From Mytilus edulis (lineage: Eukaryota), in NCBI RefSeq assembly GCF_963676685.1, contig NC_092356.1, positions 54,002,001 to 54,066,000 of the forward strand: a DNA stretch of 64,000 nt. The letters run 5' to 3'. Positions 49,281 through 61,600 of this stretch are shown here, one piece after another. Each line of letters begins with the position of its first letter. Positions within the stretch are counted from its first letter, which is position 1. The position numbers and the translations under genes were made by a program. The notes beneath the pieces are model-generated. The model did not search any database. It was not told the origin of the DNA and saw only the letters and a list, made by a program, of their open reading frames with translations.

Positions 49281-51669
49281 AAAGCCGCTGATCGCTAGTC
49301 ATTTAACGTTCTGTGATAAATGTTTCATAGAGGTAATCTAGGGATCTTTTTATGCAAATAAGAATAAGTATAAAAATGTTGGCAAACAAGGAAAAAAACG
49401 AATGATCTTTGTAAATTACTTGTAATAAAAGATTGTTATTTTTTAGAACAAAAATGCCGTAAAATTTGAAAACAAGTGAGCTATACGTGTTACAGATGGT
49501 ATGCTCAGCTCATTATGATTCTAATTAATTTCCATGCACATACTTACACTGAGAGGATCGCCGTACATGATAGAAAATATTTTGTTCGACTTGTTCTTGG
49601 TAGCTGCAATCATTTTGTTCGTGTAATTAAACCATCCAGTATACAAGTTACATGTATCTAAATAAATTGAAAAGTTATCATCATTGTTATATTAATATCT
49701 AAATGGTATTTACGTTGCACCGATGCCCTGGAATATTAAAAAACAAGTGTGAGTTATCTTACCTGCTCACAAGGAAAAACCTGACGTAGAAATGGGACCT
49801 TATGCTCTTAACACCTACCCTCGCCTGGTATATTGATAAGACTCAACTGCCATTTGTAGTCTTCAAGCCTGCAGGTGGTTAGTGTAAAACTTGGTTTCTA
49901 AAATACTTTTATTGACAGAATATATTTATATAGTTCTTGTTTTATAATTAAAATTAAAAACTTGATATAAAGTTATCAATTGGGCTTTGCTCATTGTTGA
50001 AGGCCGTACGGTGACCTATAGTTGTTAATGTCTGTGTCATTTTGGTCTCTTGTGGACAGTTGTTTCTTTGGCAATCATAACACATCTTCTTTTATATACA
50101 TAATAGTTTACTGAACTTGGAAGTCACTTGGAAGATCATTACTGTCGGTTTGATAAATTTTTTAAAGACTAAAAGAAGGCAAACATTGAAAAAAGTAAAA
50201 CATGAAAGTAAGAATAAATGAACAACACAAATGACAAAAGAAAATCCGTGTTGCTTTATTGAACCAGAAATGTAGTTATTAGATATCATTTAAATATGAA
50301 CTTTCATTTTAGAGATAAATATATGCATTTTACTCTTATAGTCTTGAATTCATATAAAATATTAGCAATATAACACATACTAGAATATACTCTGCACTGT
50401 GTCCTCATTTGTGTATAATCGAGTGCCCAATACCAATCTTCATCTTTCAAACTAACTAGTTTTAGACGACGGTAAAAAACGTTGAAGTGTGCGTTTGTGG
50501 AACACAATTCTACGTCAGAACGTTAAGCAAAGGAACGGCTATCTTGATTGGAATCATTTTTATATCAAGGCTGAGATAAACAAATTAAATGATAGAATTT
50601 TTATATTTTGGTAATTGGAGTTGGATAATTTATAAAGGAATACAGACAGATGACTTCCAAATGTCGATTAGACACAATGACATTGTCAGTTCAAGGATGC
50701 AGGTATCCAGCTACCCCATAGGACAGTTAAACGACTTTAAACTCGAGGTTTTCTCTGGTAATGGAAATAATATGAATCATACGCAGTGAATCAAGGTGAT
50801 AATACTTTCCAGATCATTTATTCATAATACCGATTTCGTTGGTGGGGTTCGTGTTTCTCAGTTTTTAGTTCTCTATGATGTGATTTGTGTACTGTTGTTT
50901 GTCTTTTAGGTTATGTCGCTTTTTCGTGTTTTTGTTGCCACAATCATTTTTTTTTCCATTTTTGCGTTTGAATATCATTTTTGTTTCTTTCGCCTCTCTC
51001 TCTTTCTCCGAATAGATATGTATATTAAGGGGGTACCCAACATTATACCCCCCAAAAAAAGCCTGTCGTGTAATTTTTCTTATTTTTCTCTCATTGATAA
51101 ATTAGTCCAAGCTAAACATCTTGTAAAATTTTAAAAAGATATGAACCGTTGGTTTAAAAGCTATGGCAACTCAAATATGGCATCTTTTAGTACCGTTAAT
51201 TTTATTACATGCTAGTATCGGCCAAATTTGGAGTATATGTTGATTATTTTACAAATTAATCTTAAATTGACAATATCATAGTTAATAATGATAACTGAGG
51301 CGAATATCAGTTCACTGATAACCTTAAAGTTTACTTGTAAGTTTTTTATTCTGGATTTAAATTTTTGTCCGAACTAAAAAAAAATGGGTATCAAAGTCAG
51401 CCATAAAAATGAATGTAATGGTTCTATTATTTGAAGAAGACATTTTTTTTTTAAATAAAATGTGTCGTTTAATTTTTTTTTAAAACTAACCATTTGGAGT
51501 TCTATACCAGTCGGTTCTTCTTGCAAACATTTATAAAAATTTAACCGTCAGATTTTTTTGTATTGAAATTTAAAAAAATACGCACACACCCTCAAATTGG
51601 CTTAATAAATGAGAGCAAAATCCATTTTGATGGTACATAATGGCCATTACTTTTTAGTCTTTTGATCTA

Positions 51670-53455
51670 GGCCTTAGGTATCAAAACTATTGAAATTTTG
51701 TTACGTATCAATATTTTGAATATAAGGAGGACATGCTGGCACCCTAAATTTATGTGCAACAAAAATTTGTTGCTTTTGTAGTATTGTAATATTGCTGTCC
51801 ATAGTATTATACATTGAATCCTGACATAAAAAATATGGCTGACTTACTATGCGGGTATACTGATTTACAAATTAAAGTCCACATATGGTCAGATTTGGTC
51901 AATTTGGTCAAATCATTTTGTTGTACAAGTCAGCTTGAGGTATCAAAACTACTGAAATTTTGTTACGTATCAATATTTTGAATAAAAGGAGGACATGCTG
52001 GTACCCTAAATTTATGCGATCAAAAATTTGTTGTCAGTGTATTGCAATATTGCTGTCCATTGTATTATACATTGAATCCTGACATAAAAAATATGGCTGA
52101 AGTACTATGCGGGTATATATGGTACATTGTATATAGATTTACAAATTTAAGTGCACATATGGTCAGTTTTGGTGGAAACGGTCAAACAATTTTGTTGTGC
52201 AAGTCAGCATGAGGTATCAAAACGACTGAAATTTTGTTACGTATCAATATTTTGAAAAAAAGGAGGACATTCTAGCACCCTAAATTTATGCAAAAAATTT
52301 TTTGTTGTTATTGTATTGCAATATTGCTGTCCATTGTATTGTACATTAAATCCTAACACAAAAGAATATGGCTGATTTACTATACGGGTATACATGGTAT
52401 ATAGATTTACAAATTAAAGTGCACATATGGTCAGTTTTAGTTGATGCAGTCAAATAATTTTGTTGCACAAGTCAGCTTGAGGTATCAAAACTACTGAATT
52501 TTTGTTTTGTATCAATATTTTGAATAAAAGGAAGACATGCTGGTAACCTTAATTTATGCAAACAAAATTTTGTTGTTATTGTATTGCAATATTGCTGTCC
52601 ATTGTATTATACATTGAATCCTGACATAAAAAGATGGCTGATTTACTATATGGGTATATAGATTTACAAATTAAAGTGCAAATATGGTCAGTTTTAGTTG
52701 ATGCAGTCAAATAATTGTGTTGTACAAGTCAGTATGAGGTATTAAAACTACTGAAATTTTGTTATGTATCAATATTTTTAATAAAAGGAGGACATGCTGG
52801 CACCCTTAATTTATGCAAACAAATATTTGTTGTTATTGTATTGCAATATTGCTGTCCATTGTATTATACATTTAATCCTGACATAAAACATATGGCTGAT
52901 TTATTATGCGGGTAAATAGGATATATAGATTTACAAATAAAAGTGCACATATGGTCAGTTTTGGTCAACGTTATCAAATAATTTTGTTGCACAAGTCAGC
53001 ATGAGGTATCAAAACTATTAAAATTTTGTTACGTATAAAAATTTTGAATAAGAGGAGGACATGCTGGAATCCTAAATTTATGCGAACAAAAATTTGAAAA
53101 AATATGGCTGATTTACTATGCGGGTATATAGATTTACAAATAAAAGAGGGACGAAAGATACCAAAGGGACAGTCAAACTCATAAATCTAAAACAAACTGA
53201 CAACGCCATGGCTAAAAATAAAAAAGACAAACAGAAAAACAATAGTACACACGACACAACATAGAAAACTAAAGAATAAACAACACGAACCCCAAAAAAG
53301 TGCGTATACGGTCAGTTTTAGTCAACACGGTCAAATAATTTTGTTGTACATATCAGCAAGAGATATCAAAACTACTGAAATTTTGTTACGTATCAATATT
53401 TTGAATAAAAGGAGGACATGCTGGCACCCTAAGTTTATGCGAACAAAAATTTGCA
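51670..53455 (+). repeat. ~265-bp tandem array (about 6.5 units) with Penelope-like tail inserted at 53143-53297
   Basis: GGTATCAAAACTA motif near 51677, 51939, 52213, 52481, 52738, 53005 and 53361. Confidence 0.92.
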
Positions 53456-53899
53456 TGTAGTCATGTGTTAAAATTATGCTTTCATTTTGTATAGTAAATT
53501 CTATCCTGAAATTAAAATATTGCTGATTGGCTGATTGTGGCTACATAGATCAAAGAGATATAACTAACAAGGACGTGTAACTAATTTCTAAAATACGTCC
53601 TTTCATAGATATACAGTTAAATTTAAATAAGTGCAAATATATCTATAGTTGAATCTGATAGGTATTGGAATAAATATTCAGTGCTCGTTATCATTGTAAC
53701 CAAGATCGGTTTTTTTTTTCATTTATAGATTGGCAGATCACAGATAAATTTGTGTTACAAGCAACGTTTTATGCATACTTTATTTTCAAAAATTTGTATT
53801 AAATCCTGCTTATATGACGGAAGCATTAATTTTACTTTATTTTCGATGTTTAAATTATACTACGAAACAAAGATATTAAAAAATATTTTTAAAAAATCA

Positions 53900-54310
53900 A
53901 TGTAGACCGGTCCTGGTTACAAGTTAACTTAGTGTTGAGCAGACCAGTCAAAAAGTTAACTTGGGAACAGGTCTGGTTTCGATAGGATTTGTCAAAGCAA
54001 AAGTTAACTTATGTTAACTCTGTGGCAGGACTGGTTTCGAAGTTAACTTATGTTAACTTTACGGCAGGACTGGTTTCAAAGTTAACTTCTGTTAACTCTA
54101 CGGCAGGACTGGTTCGAAGTTAACTTATATCAATAGCGGATATGTTTCGAAGTTAACTTTTTGGCAGACACAAAAAAAGTCCTACGACCATGTCCGCTTT
54201 TCAAGTTAACTAGATTTTGGTCCTAGGACTGGTCAGAGCAGTCCTAAATCCGGTCACAGGTTAACTTTGACCAGTCCAAATGACTGGTTATCAAGTTAAC
54301 TTGATGTACA
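53900..54310. repeat. Cluster of palindromic AAGTTAACTT motifs
   Basis: 13 GTTAAC sites in ~400 bp, partly within a ~39-bp unit containing GGCAGGACTGGTTTC. Confidence 0.85.
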
Positions 54311-55095
54311 GGTTTGGACTGCACCCATCTGTATTTGGAATGTGAAAGTATCATCATGGAATTAAGTTTCTTTCATCATGATGACCTTCATGCGACCTTA
54401 ACATTTGACCTAAAGGTCAATTTAATGTTGTTTCTTTCCCGTAAGAAACAAAACCAGACAATAACTTCTTCGTCTTTTGACCTAGAACTTAGATCTTTAG
54501 CATGTGAATAAATCATCTTGAGGCGGTATGCCACTTCAAATGTTGACCTTCATGTGACCTTGAACTTTTACCTCGAAGGCGATAAACGTATTTTTGGTGA
54601 GAAACAGAGAAGCACTTGTGCAGATCATGACTTTAATGCAGTTCTGAAATAATCTTTCGTTAAAAATACATTCTACTCAAGCTTTAATCGACCATACAAT
54701 AATATAGACACACAATATGACATATCAACACATGTCATGCACACAAAATACATAATTCTAATGCAGTTCTTATGTAACAATGTTTCTCCTTGGCTAAAAG
54801 TTACCGTCAAATCCACAGTTGACCAAGCGAAACTAAGGAAGGACCCGCCATTTTGAATAGATTGGATCAACAAATGTTTGATTACTACACTATTATTGAA
54901 AATAAAACAACACATATCTCGAATTCGCTGTTTTAATTTGATTTTACCCGAATTTGAATCGTAGAGGTAACGTAATAACCTCCAGTTTGTAAGTTTTCAT
55001 TTGTATGACGTCACGTTAAGCCATGACGTCTTTGCGCAAAAATCATTTTTTCAAGCTTTAAGGTATTATTTCTTTTTGTAATGCATTAGAATCGG

Positions 55096-55256
55096 AATAA
55101 CAGTACTGTAGTTGAAGATTTGCCACCGTCAATTTTGATTTGACGGTCGCAAATGTCCGTTTTCCTGTCTCTGCTACGCGTCGCCAGTAAAAATGCATTT
55201 GCGACCGTCAAATCGACAATTGACGGTGGCAACTCTTCAACTACAGTACTGTTATT
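55096..55256. mobile_element. 161-bp fold-back palindrome (MITE-like)
   Basis: AATAACAGTACTGTAGTTGAAGA..TGCCACCGTCAATT..TTTGACGGTCGCAAATG followed by its near-perfect reverse complement. Confidence 0.85.
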
Positions 55257-55739
55257 TTTTAATGGACATGCAGTTACATAAAATTGTTTTTAAAAGGTAT
55301 AGTTTCTATTGAAATGCAGTGTCCGTACTTAACTACACAACAGAATGGTTTATTTTTAATTTCATACATGGATTCTGCTTGTAAAAGTGCTCGATGTTAA
55401 TATAAAAAAGGGTGTAACCGATTTTTGTGTTTGAGATACGAGCTGAGACCTCACTTTAAGCATGAGACGCCGAAAATACCTAGGATACTTTAAAATCGGC
55501 AGATATTTTACATGATCAACATTTTTAATTTATCGGTCTACATATTCAAAAATATACAATTCACAAGAGTGCACACGCTGAAATGACTCGCCTTCTTTTC
55601 TAATCATTGATATTATGTTGATAGTCCTAATTATAAAGCTTTATTACTCATTTATGTACTACTGTCGCGTGAACTAAACATATATTTGATATAATAATAT
55701 TAAAATCCAGTTCAACATGTCATTTCTTATTTCTAAAAA

Positions 55740-57900
55740 AGATAGTTCCTTTACACTTTTGTTTTAAATAAGGGAGATACTTTGTTACTTACGGTTTGAA
55801 AAAAATCATTTCTGGTATCATTTGATAATTAACTTGACACGAATGGTTCTATCTACTTTTACATTAAATAGGTACCAAAAATAGCTCCTCCCGATTTACC
55901 CAAGGTCACTTCCGGTTAACTTTTTCAAGGTTATATGGGTTTCAACCTTATACACAAATTCCTATGCTTTATGGTGTATAAATATGAATTTAAAGCAAAG
56001 GTCAAATTTACCTATGACCTTGAAATCAATTTGAAGGTCATCAACCAAGGACCTTTAATCAGAAGGGTATAATCTTGATTATATATGGTTAATGAGTTAT
56101 ATCACCATACACTTAGTTTTAAATATACATGTAACAAGGGTTTAAACTCCCGTTTAATGTCATCCTAATGTACCCTTTCAGTCATAACTTATGTGTTACG
56201 ACATGTCGCAACTAACAATTTGATAAAAATATGTTGTCGATATCTTTAAAGTTTTTAAAAAGAAGTGAAAATAAGACAAATCAAAACTTAGAACATGACC
56301 TTGAACTTTGAATTTGACCTAATTTTCTTTATTTTTTTTGGATCATGGACCTCAAATCAAAGACTATAGCTCTCTATCACTTATGATGGATCAGCTATAA
56401 ATGCATATCGCCTATTTCAAATGCATAAGCGGAAATAACTCTCATATGGAGTCAAATGATGACTTCGATCCAAATGATCATCATAATCCTGAAGATATAA
56501 CGAGCAATTTGGTAAAATAAATGTTTCTGTTTCCTTTATGGTTGCGGAGGAGTAGTGGACACAAGAAAAACAGCGTTTGGGGAGATGACTTTAACAAGGT
56601 AAAGTGTTCCTTTCAACGTATAAAATGTTTGATATAATACACCAAATATCGAAGCCACATCTTGCGAAATAACAATACTGCGCAAGAAAAAAAAATTAGG
56701 CGGAAGAAAAAAATTATAATTAAAAACCAATTGTTCAGAGGTATTTACACCCAAAACGTTCTTTTTGGTGTTAAAATAACAAAATCCAATTTAATATTCC
56801 ATTCCAGCGTCAAATGATAGATTATTGTATACTGATTCCAAAAATATATGGTTTCTATACACTGTTGTTTGAAATAAGGGAGATAGTATGTTACTTCCGG
56901 TTTGAAAAATTTCTTTTCTGTTTTTTTCTGATAATTTACTTGACACTGATTCCAAAACGTATGGTTCTATGAAATTTTGACATAAAAAAGTACCAACAAT
57001 AGCTACTTCCGGTTTACACAAATGCATTTCCGTTTTCAAGGTCATATGGTTTTCAAGCTAATGCAAAAAGTCCTATGGCTTTAACTTGTAAACATATGAA
57101 GTTAAAGCAAATATTAAAATTTAGAACATCTAAATTAGGTATAACCTTGATTCAAATTTAAAGGTCATAAACTAAGGACCTCAAATCAACAGACTTTAGG
57201 TCTTTATTATTTATTGTTAATTATTTGTATCACCTTACGTGTAATTTTAAATATAAAAGGGGAAGAACTGCATTTTATGTCATTGTTCCCTTCTAACTAA
57301 AATGTATGTGTTATGACGTGTCGCAACTAACAATTTAGTATAACTATATGTTGTCAATATCTGATACTTTTTTATAACAAGATTTAGAACATGACCTTCC
57401 CCTAATTTTCTTCTTTTTTTGGGACCAAGACCTCAAATTAAAAGATTCTATGTCTCTATCACTTATGGTTTACCAGTTTGCAATGCATATCAATTATAAC
57501 AAATGCATAAGGAGAAATAACCCTCATATGGAGTATCCGGTACAATTCGATCAAAATTTGTCTGCATATTCTGAAAATATAACGAGCAATTTGGTAAAAT
57601 ATATTTGTCGGTTTCTGTAACGTTTGCGAAGGAGTAGTAGACACAAGAAAAACAGTGTTTGGGGAGATAACTCTTACAAAGAAAAGTGTTCGCTTAAGCG
57701 GTGTCATTTTTAAAGGCGTATAAACTGTTCGACATCCAAGCGTTTTCTGTTGAAAAAAAATACAGCGCAAGAAACAAATCAGGCAGGAAAAAAAAAGATA
57801 ATAAGGACAAAATCAAAAGGTCTTTCCACGGAAAAGAGCACAAGGAAAGACCTCACAATAATCAGAACAAAGGCAAAATGTCTTTCCACGGACATCTTGG
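55740..57900 (+). mobile_element. HINE-like element built of two ~1.1-kb diverged tandem units
   Basis: AAATAAGGGAGATA..TGTTACTT.CGGTTTGAAAAA at ~55766 and ~56872; terminal AGGTCTTTCC...GGAAAGACCT hairpin at ~57818-57853. Confidence 0.65.
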
Positions 57901-57945
57901 ACCCCGTATTAAACACATGGGATAAAAAAAACATACATGCATGAA

Positions 57946-57995
57946 ATGATTGATTGATTGATTGATGGGTTGGTTGGTTGGTTGGTTGGTTGATT
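57946..57995 (+). repeat. Compound microsatellite (TGAT)n(TTGG)n
   Basis: Direct reading of the sequence. Confidence 0.9.
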
Positions 57996-58019
57996 AAACA
58001 CTTTGGACTGAGCCACACG

Positions 58020-58530
58020 TAACATGCAAAAAAACAAAATTGAGAGCCTAGATTCCATGTTTAATCACATGGGACCTAGCCTCTCGGAACAAGCGAAACA
58101 GGAATTGAGAGCCTTGTTCCCATGTTTAATCACATTGAACATAGCATCTAGAAACATGCAAAAACAAGCGAAAAAGGAATTGAGAGCCTAGATTCCATGT
58201 TTAAACACATAGGACCTAGCCTCTAGGGACAAGCGAAAAAGGAATTGAGAGTCTTAGCTTGTTTCTATGTTTAAACAAATGGGACATAGCCTCTAGGAAC
58301 ATGCAAAAACAAGCGAAAAAGGATTTAAGGGTTTAGATTCCATGTTTAAATTAATGGATCCTAGTCTGTAGGAACAAGCGAAAAAGGAATTAAGGGCCTA
58401 GATTCCATGTTTAAACACATAGGACCTAGCCTCTAGGAACAAGCAAAAAACAAATTGAGAGCCTAGTTCCCATGTTTAACCATTTGTGACCTAGCAGCTA
58501 GGAATAAGCCTAAACGGAATTTAGAGCTTT
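58020..58530 (+). repeat. ~65-bp minisatellite, about 8 units
   Basis: GAATTGAGAGCCTAGATTCCATGTTTAA..ACAT.GGACCTAGCCTCTAGGAACAAGCGAAAAAG. Confidence 0.9.
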
Positions 58531-58534
58531 AATC

Positions 58535-59762
58535 TACCTTAGCCGTTTTTGGCACAACTTTATGGAATTTTGTATTCTCAATGCTCTTCAACTTTGTGCT
58601 TGTTTGGCTATATAACTGTTTTTATATGAGTGTCACTGAAGAGTCTTATGTAGACTAAACGCGCGTCTGGGGTACTAAATTATAATCCTGGTACCTTTGA
58701 TAACTATTTACACCACTGGGTCTAAGTCACTGCTGATAGACGTTTCGTCTCCGATGGTATCACCAGCCCAGTAGTCAGCACTTCGGTGTTGACATGAATA
58801 TCAATTATTTGCTCATTTTTATAAATTTCTTGTTTACAAAACTTTTAATTTTTCGAAAGACTAAGGATTTCTTATCCCAGGAATAGTATGACTTAGCCGT
58901 ATTTGGCACAACTTTTTGGAATTTTGTATTCTCAATGCTCTTAAACACTGTACTTGTTTGGCTTTATAACTATTTTGATATGAGCGTCACTGGTGAGTCT
59001 TATGTAAACAAAACGTGCGTCTGGCGTACTAAATTATATTCCTTGTACCTTGATAACTATTTACACAACTGGGTCGATGCCGCTGCTGGTGTACGTTTCG
59101 TTCCCGAGGGTATCACCAGGCCAGTAGTCAACACTTCGGTGTTGACATGAATATCAATTATGCGGTCATTTTTATAAATTTCTTGTTAACAAAACTTTTT
59201 CGATAACTTAGGATTTTTTTATCACAGGAATAGATTACCTTAGCCGTATTTGGCACAACTTTTTGGAATTTTGGATCCTCAATGCTCTTCAACTTTGTAC
59301 TTGTTTGGCTTTATAAATATTTTGATATGAGCGTCACTGATGAGTCTTATGTATACGAAACGCGCGTCGCGTACTAAATTATAATCCTGGTACCTTTGAT
59401 AACTATTTACACCACTGGGTCGATACCACTGCTGGTGGAGGTTTCGTCTCCGAGGGTATCACCAGCCCAGTAGTCAAAACTTCGGTGTTGACATGAATAT
59501 CAATAATGTGGTCATTTTTATAAATTTCCTGTTTACCAAACTTTGAATTTTTCGAAAAAAATAAGGATTTTCTTATCCCAGGCATATATTACCTTAGATG
59601 TATTTGGCACAACTTTTTGGAATTTTGAATCCTCAATGCTCTTCAACTTTGTACTTGTTTGGCTTTATAAATATTTTGATATGAGCGTCACTGATGAGTC
59701 TTATGTAGACGAAACGCGCGTCTGGCGTAATTAATTATAATCCTGGTACCTTTGATAACTAT
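58535..59762 (+). mobile_element. Non-LTR retrozyme: ~3.5 tandem ~350-nt units, each with a type I hammerhead
   Basis: Hammerhead cores start at 58636, 58990, 59337 and 59691 (spacing 354, 347, 354). Confidence 0.9.
59685..59728 (+). ncRNA. Type I hammerhead ribozyme, intact core
   Basis: GCGUCA CUGAUGA GUCU-UAUGU-AGAC GAAA CGCGCG UC| UGGCGU; predicted cleavage after C59722. Confidence 0.9.
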
Positions 59763-59811
59763 ATACTAGTTCAGTGATAATGAACGCCATACTTTTTTTC
59801 CAAATTGTACC

Positions 59812-60312
59812 TTACATTTCTATGTAGCAACATTCCAACGCACCTGCATAAGTAGTATATATCTTGCAATTGATACAATATTCCTGTGCTTGTATTTCCT
59901 ATAATGATTTCCTTGATAGAGGGTTGCTGATCACAAGGAAGCTTTTAAACCTTAAACCAAGCTAGAGTTCAAAATGTAGAAGTTGAAATCATCCCTTCGT
60001 AAACTTTACGGACGCCATCACCAGTTGGGTGACCGTTATGGAATAACCGTTTCACAGATGATACCGGATATGCTCCATATGTTGAAGCTACAATCCTCTT
60101 CACTTTTCACCATGAATGTGACTTACCGAATTAAACTATTTACGGGATTTGTAATAACATGAGCAACACGACGGGTACCACATGTGGATCTGGATCTGCT
60201 CAGTGTGGAGTCTTTTATACTAATATTTGTCCGTTTGTCTTTTTGTTTATTAGCCATGGAGTTGTCAGTTTTATTTTCTATCTATGAGTTTTACGTCCCT
60301 CTGATATCTTTC
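59812..60312 (+). pseudogene. Penelope-like RT C-terminus and 3' tail remnant
   Basis: FLCSNIP..VYILQLIQYSCACISYNDFLDRGLLITRKLLN..KLKSSLRKLYGRHHQLGDRYGITVSQM. Confidence 0.85.
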
Positions 60313-60578
60313 GTCACTGTTTCATTGCATCAAGACCCTCGTACATGGACGACATTGCTAGATCACAAAGGACAATGATTGTAACCGAGGACGAAGAACA
60401 AGAAGCCATTGACACTATATTTTTGCCTTCTTTATCTCCAGACATGACCCTATTTAACATTTCTGGCATGTCATTGGTAGAAAAATCAACTGCAAAGATA
60501 CACCTCAGCAACATCTTGTCGATTTAAGAGTTGTAATTATTGATGAATTAAACAAATGTCCTGAGCTAAAGTTCAGAC

Positions 60579-60879
60579 TTTAACCCGTCTGTATGTATGT
60601 ACCTGTCCCAAGTCAGGAGCCTGTAATTCAGTGGTTGTTGATTTTTTATGTCCGACATTTTTTTCCGTTTATTTTTTGTACATAAATTAGGCCGTTAGTT
60701 TTCTCGTTTTAAAAGGTTTTACGTTGTCATTTTAGGGCCTTTTTTTAGCTGACTATGTGGTTTGGGCTTTTCTCATTGTTGAAGGCCATACGGTGACATA
60801 TAGTTGTTAATTTCTGTGTCATTTTGGTCTCTTGTGGAGAGCTGTCTTATTGGCAATCATACCACATCTTTTTTTATAT
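60579..60879 (+). mobile_element. SINE-like repeat family A
   Basis: Colinear with 32628-32942. Confidence 0.85.
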
Positions 60880-61444
60880 TGTACACAGTAAGAGACGTTA
60901 TGTTATGGAACAGTGCCGGAAGAGAGGTGATTACACATCCAATTGTCTCAAACAATGACGGTAAAAAAAAAGCGAACGTAGCAAAGATTATGTGTAGATA
61001 ACTTTATGTACATTGGGTAATTAATTGTTGTAAAAAAAATGACAGTGTAGCTTCATTTCTGTTTCTGATTTTTGTAATTTGTACTATTTCTATGAACGCA
61101 AAATTCAAATTCATAGAATATGCATAAGTGACCAATTTAGGTTTATGGTTTGTTTATGGTATATGTTATCAATTTGTTAAGGAATAACTAAATTTTGTTT
61201 TCATTTCAATAAAAATAGGTGGTGCTTAACTTTTTGCGGACTGGATATATAACGTTCATTTCGATCGTTCTTTCTCAAACTATTGTTGGGGCCATTTTTT
61301 AGTCAAGAGCACACCCTGTGTAATAAAGTCTGTATAATGGGTTCATCCACAAGCGTCTCATATTAAATCGGATGCATGTATATATAAACGCCATACGATA
61401 GGACGGAAGGTATGTTGCAAAATTGGAAGTTGATAATTGGAAAG

Positions 61445-61600
61445 CATACGAATAAGAATACGAAAGTTTTATTTTGATTCGGTTCACATATAACAATATA
61501 ATACAAACATAAGCTCTTGCGAGCTTTTTACCGAATATAAAATAACATAAAAACAACATTTAAATACACAACATGCAGACAAGATATATAACAGCATACA
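61445..61600 (-). mobile_element. 3' UTR fragment of a related CR1/L2-group LINE
   Basis: Shares TTTATTTTGATTCGG and AAGCTC-N4-GAGCTTTT with the LINE 3' end at 39463-39517. Confidence 0.65.
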
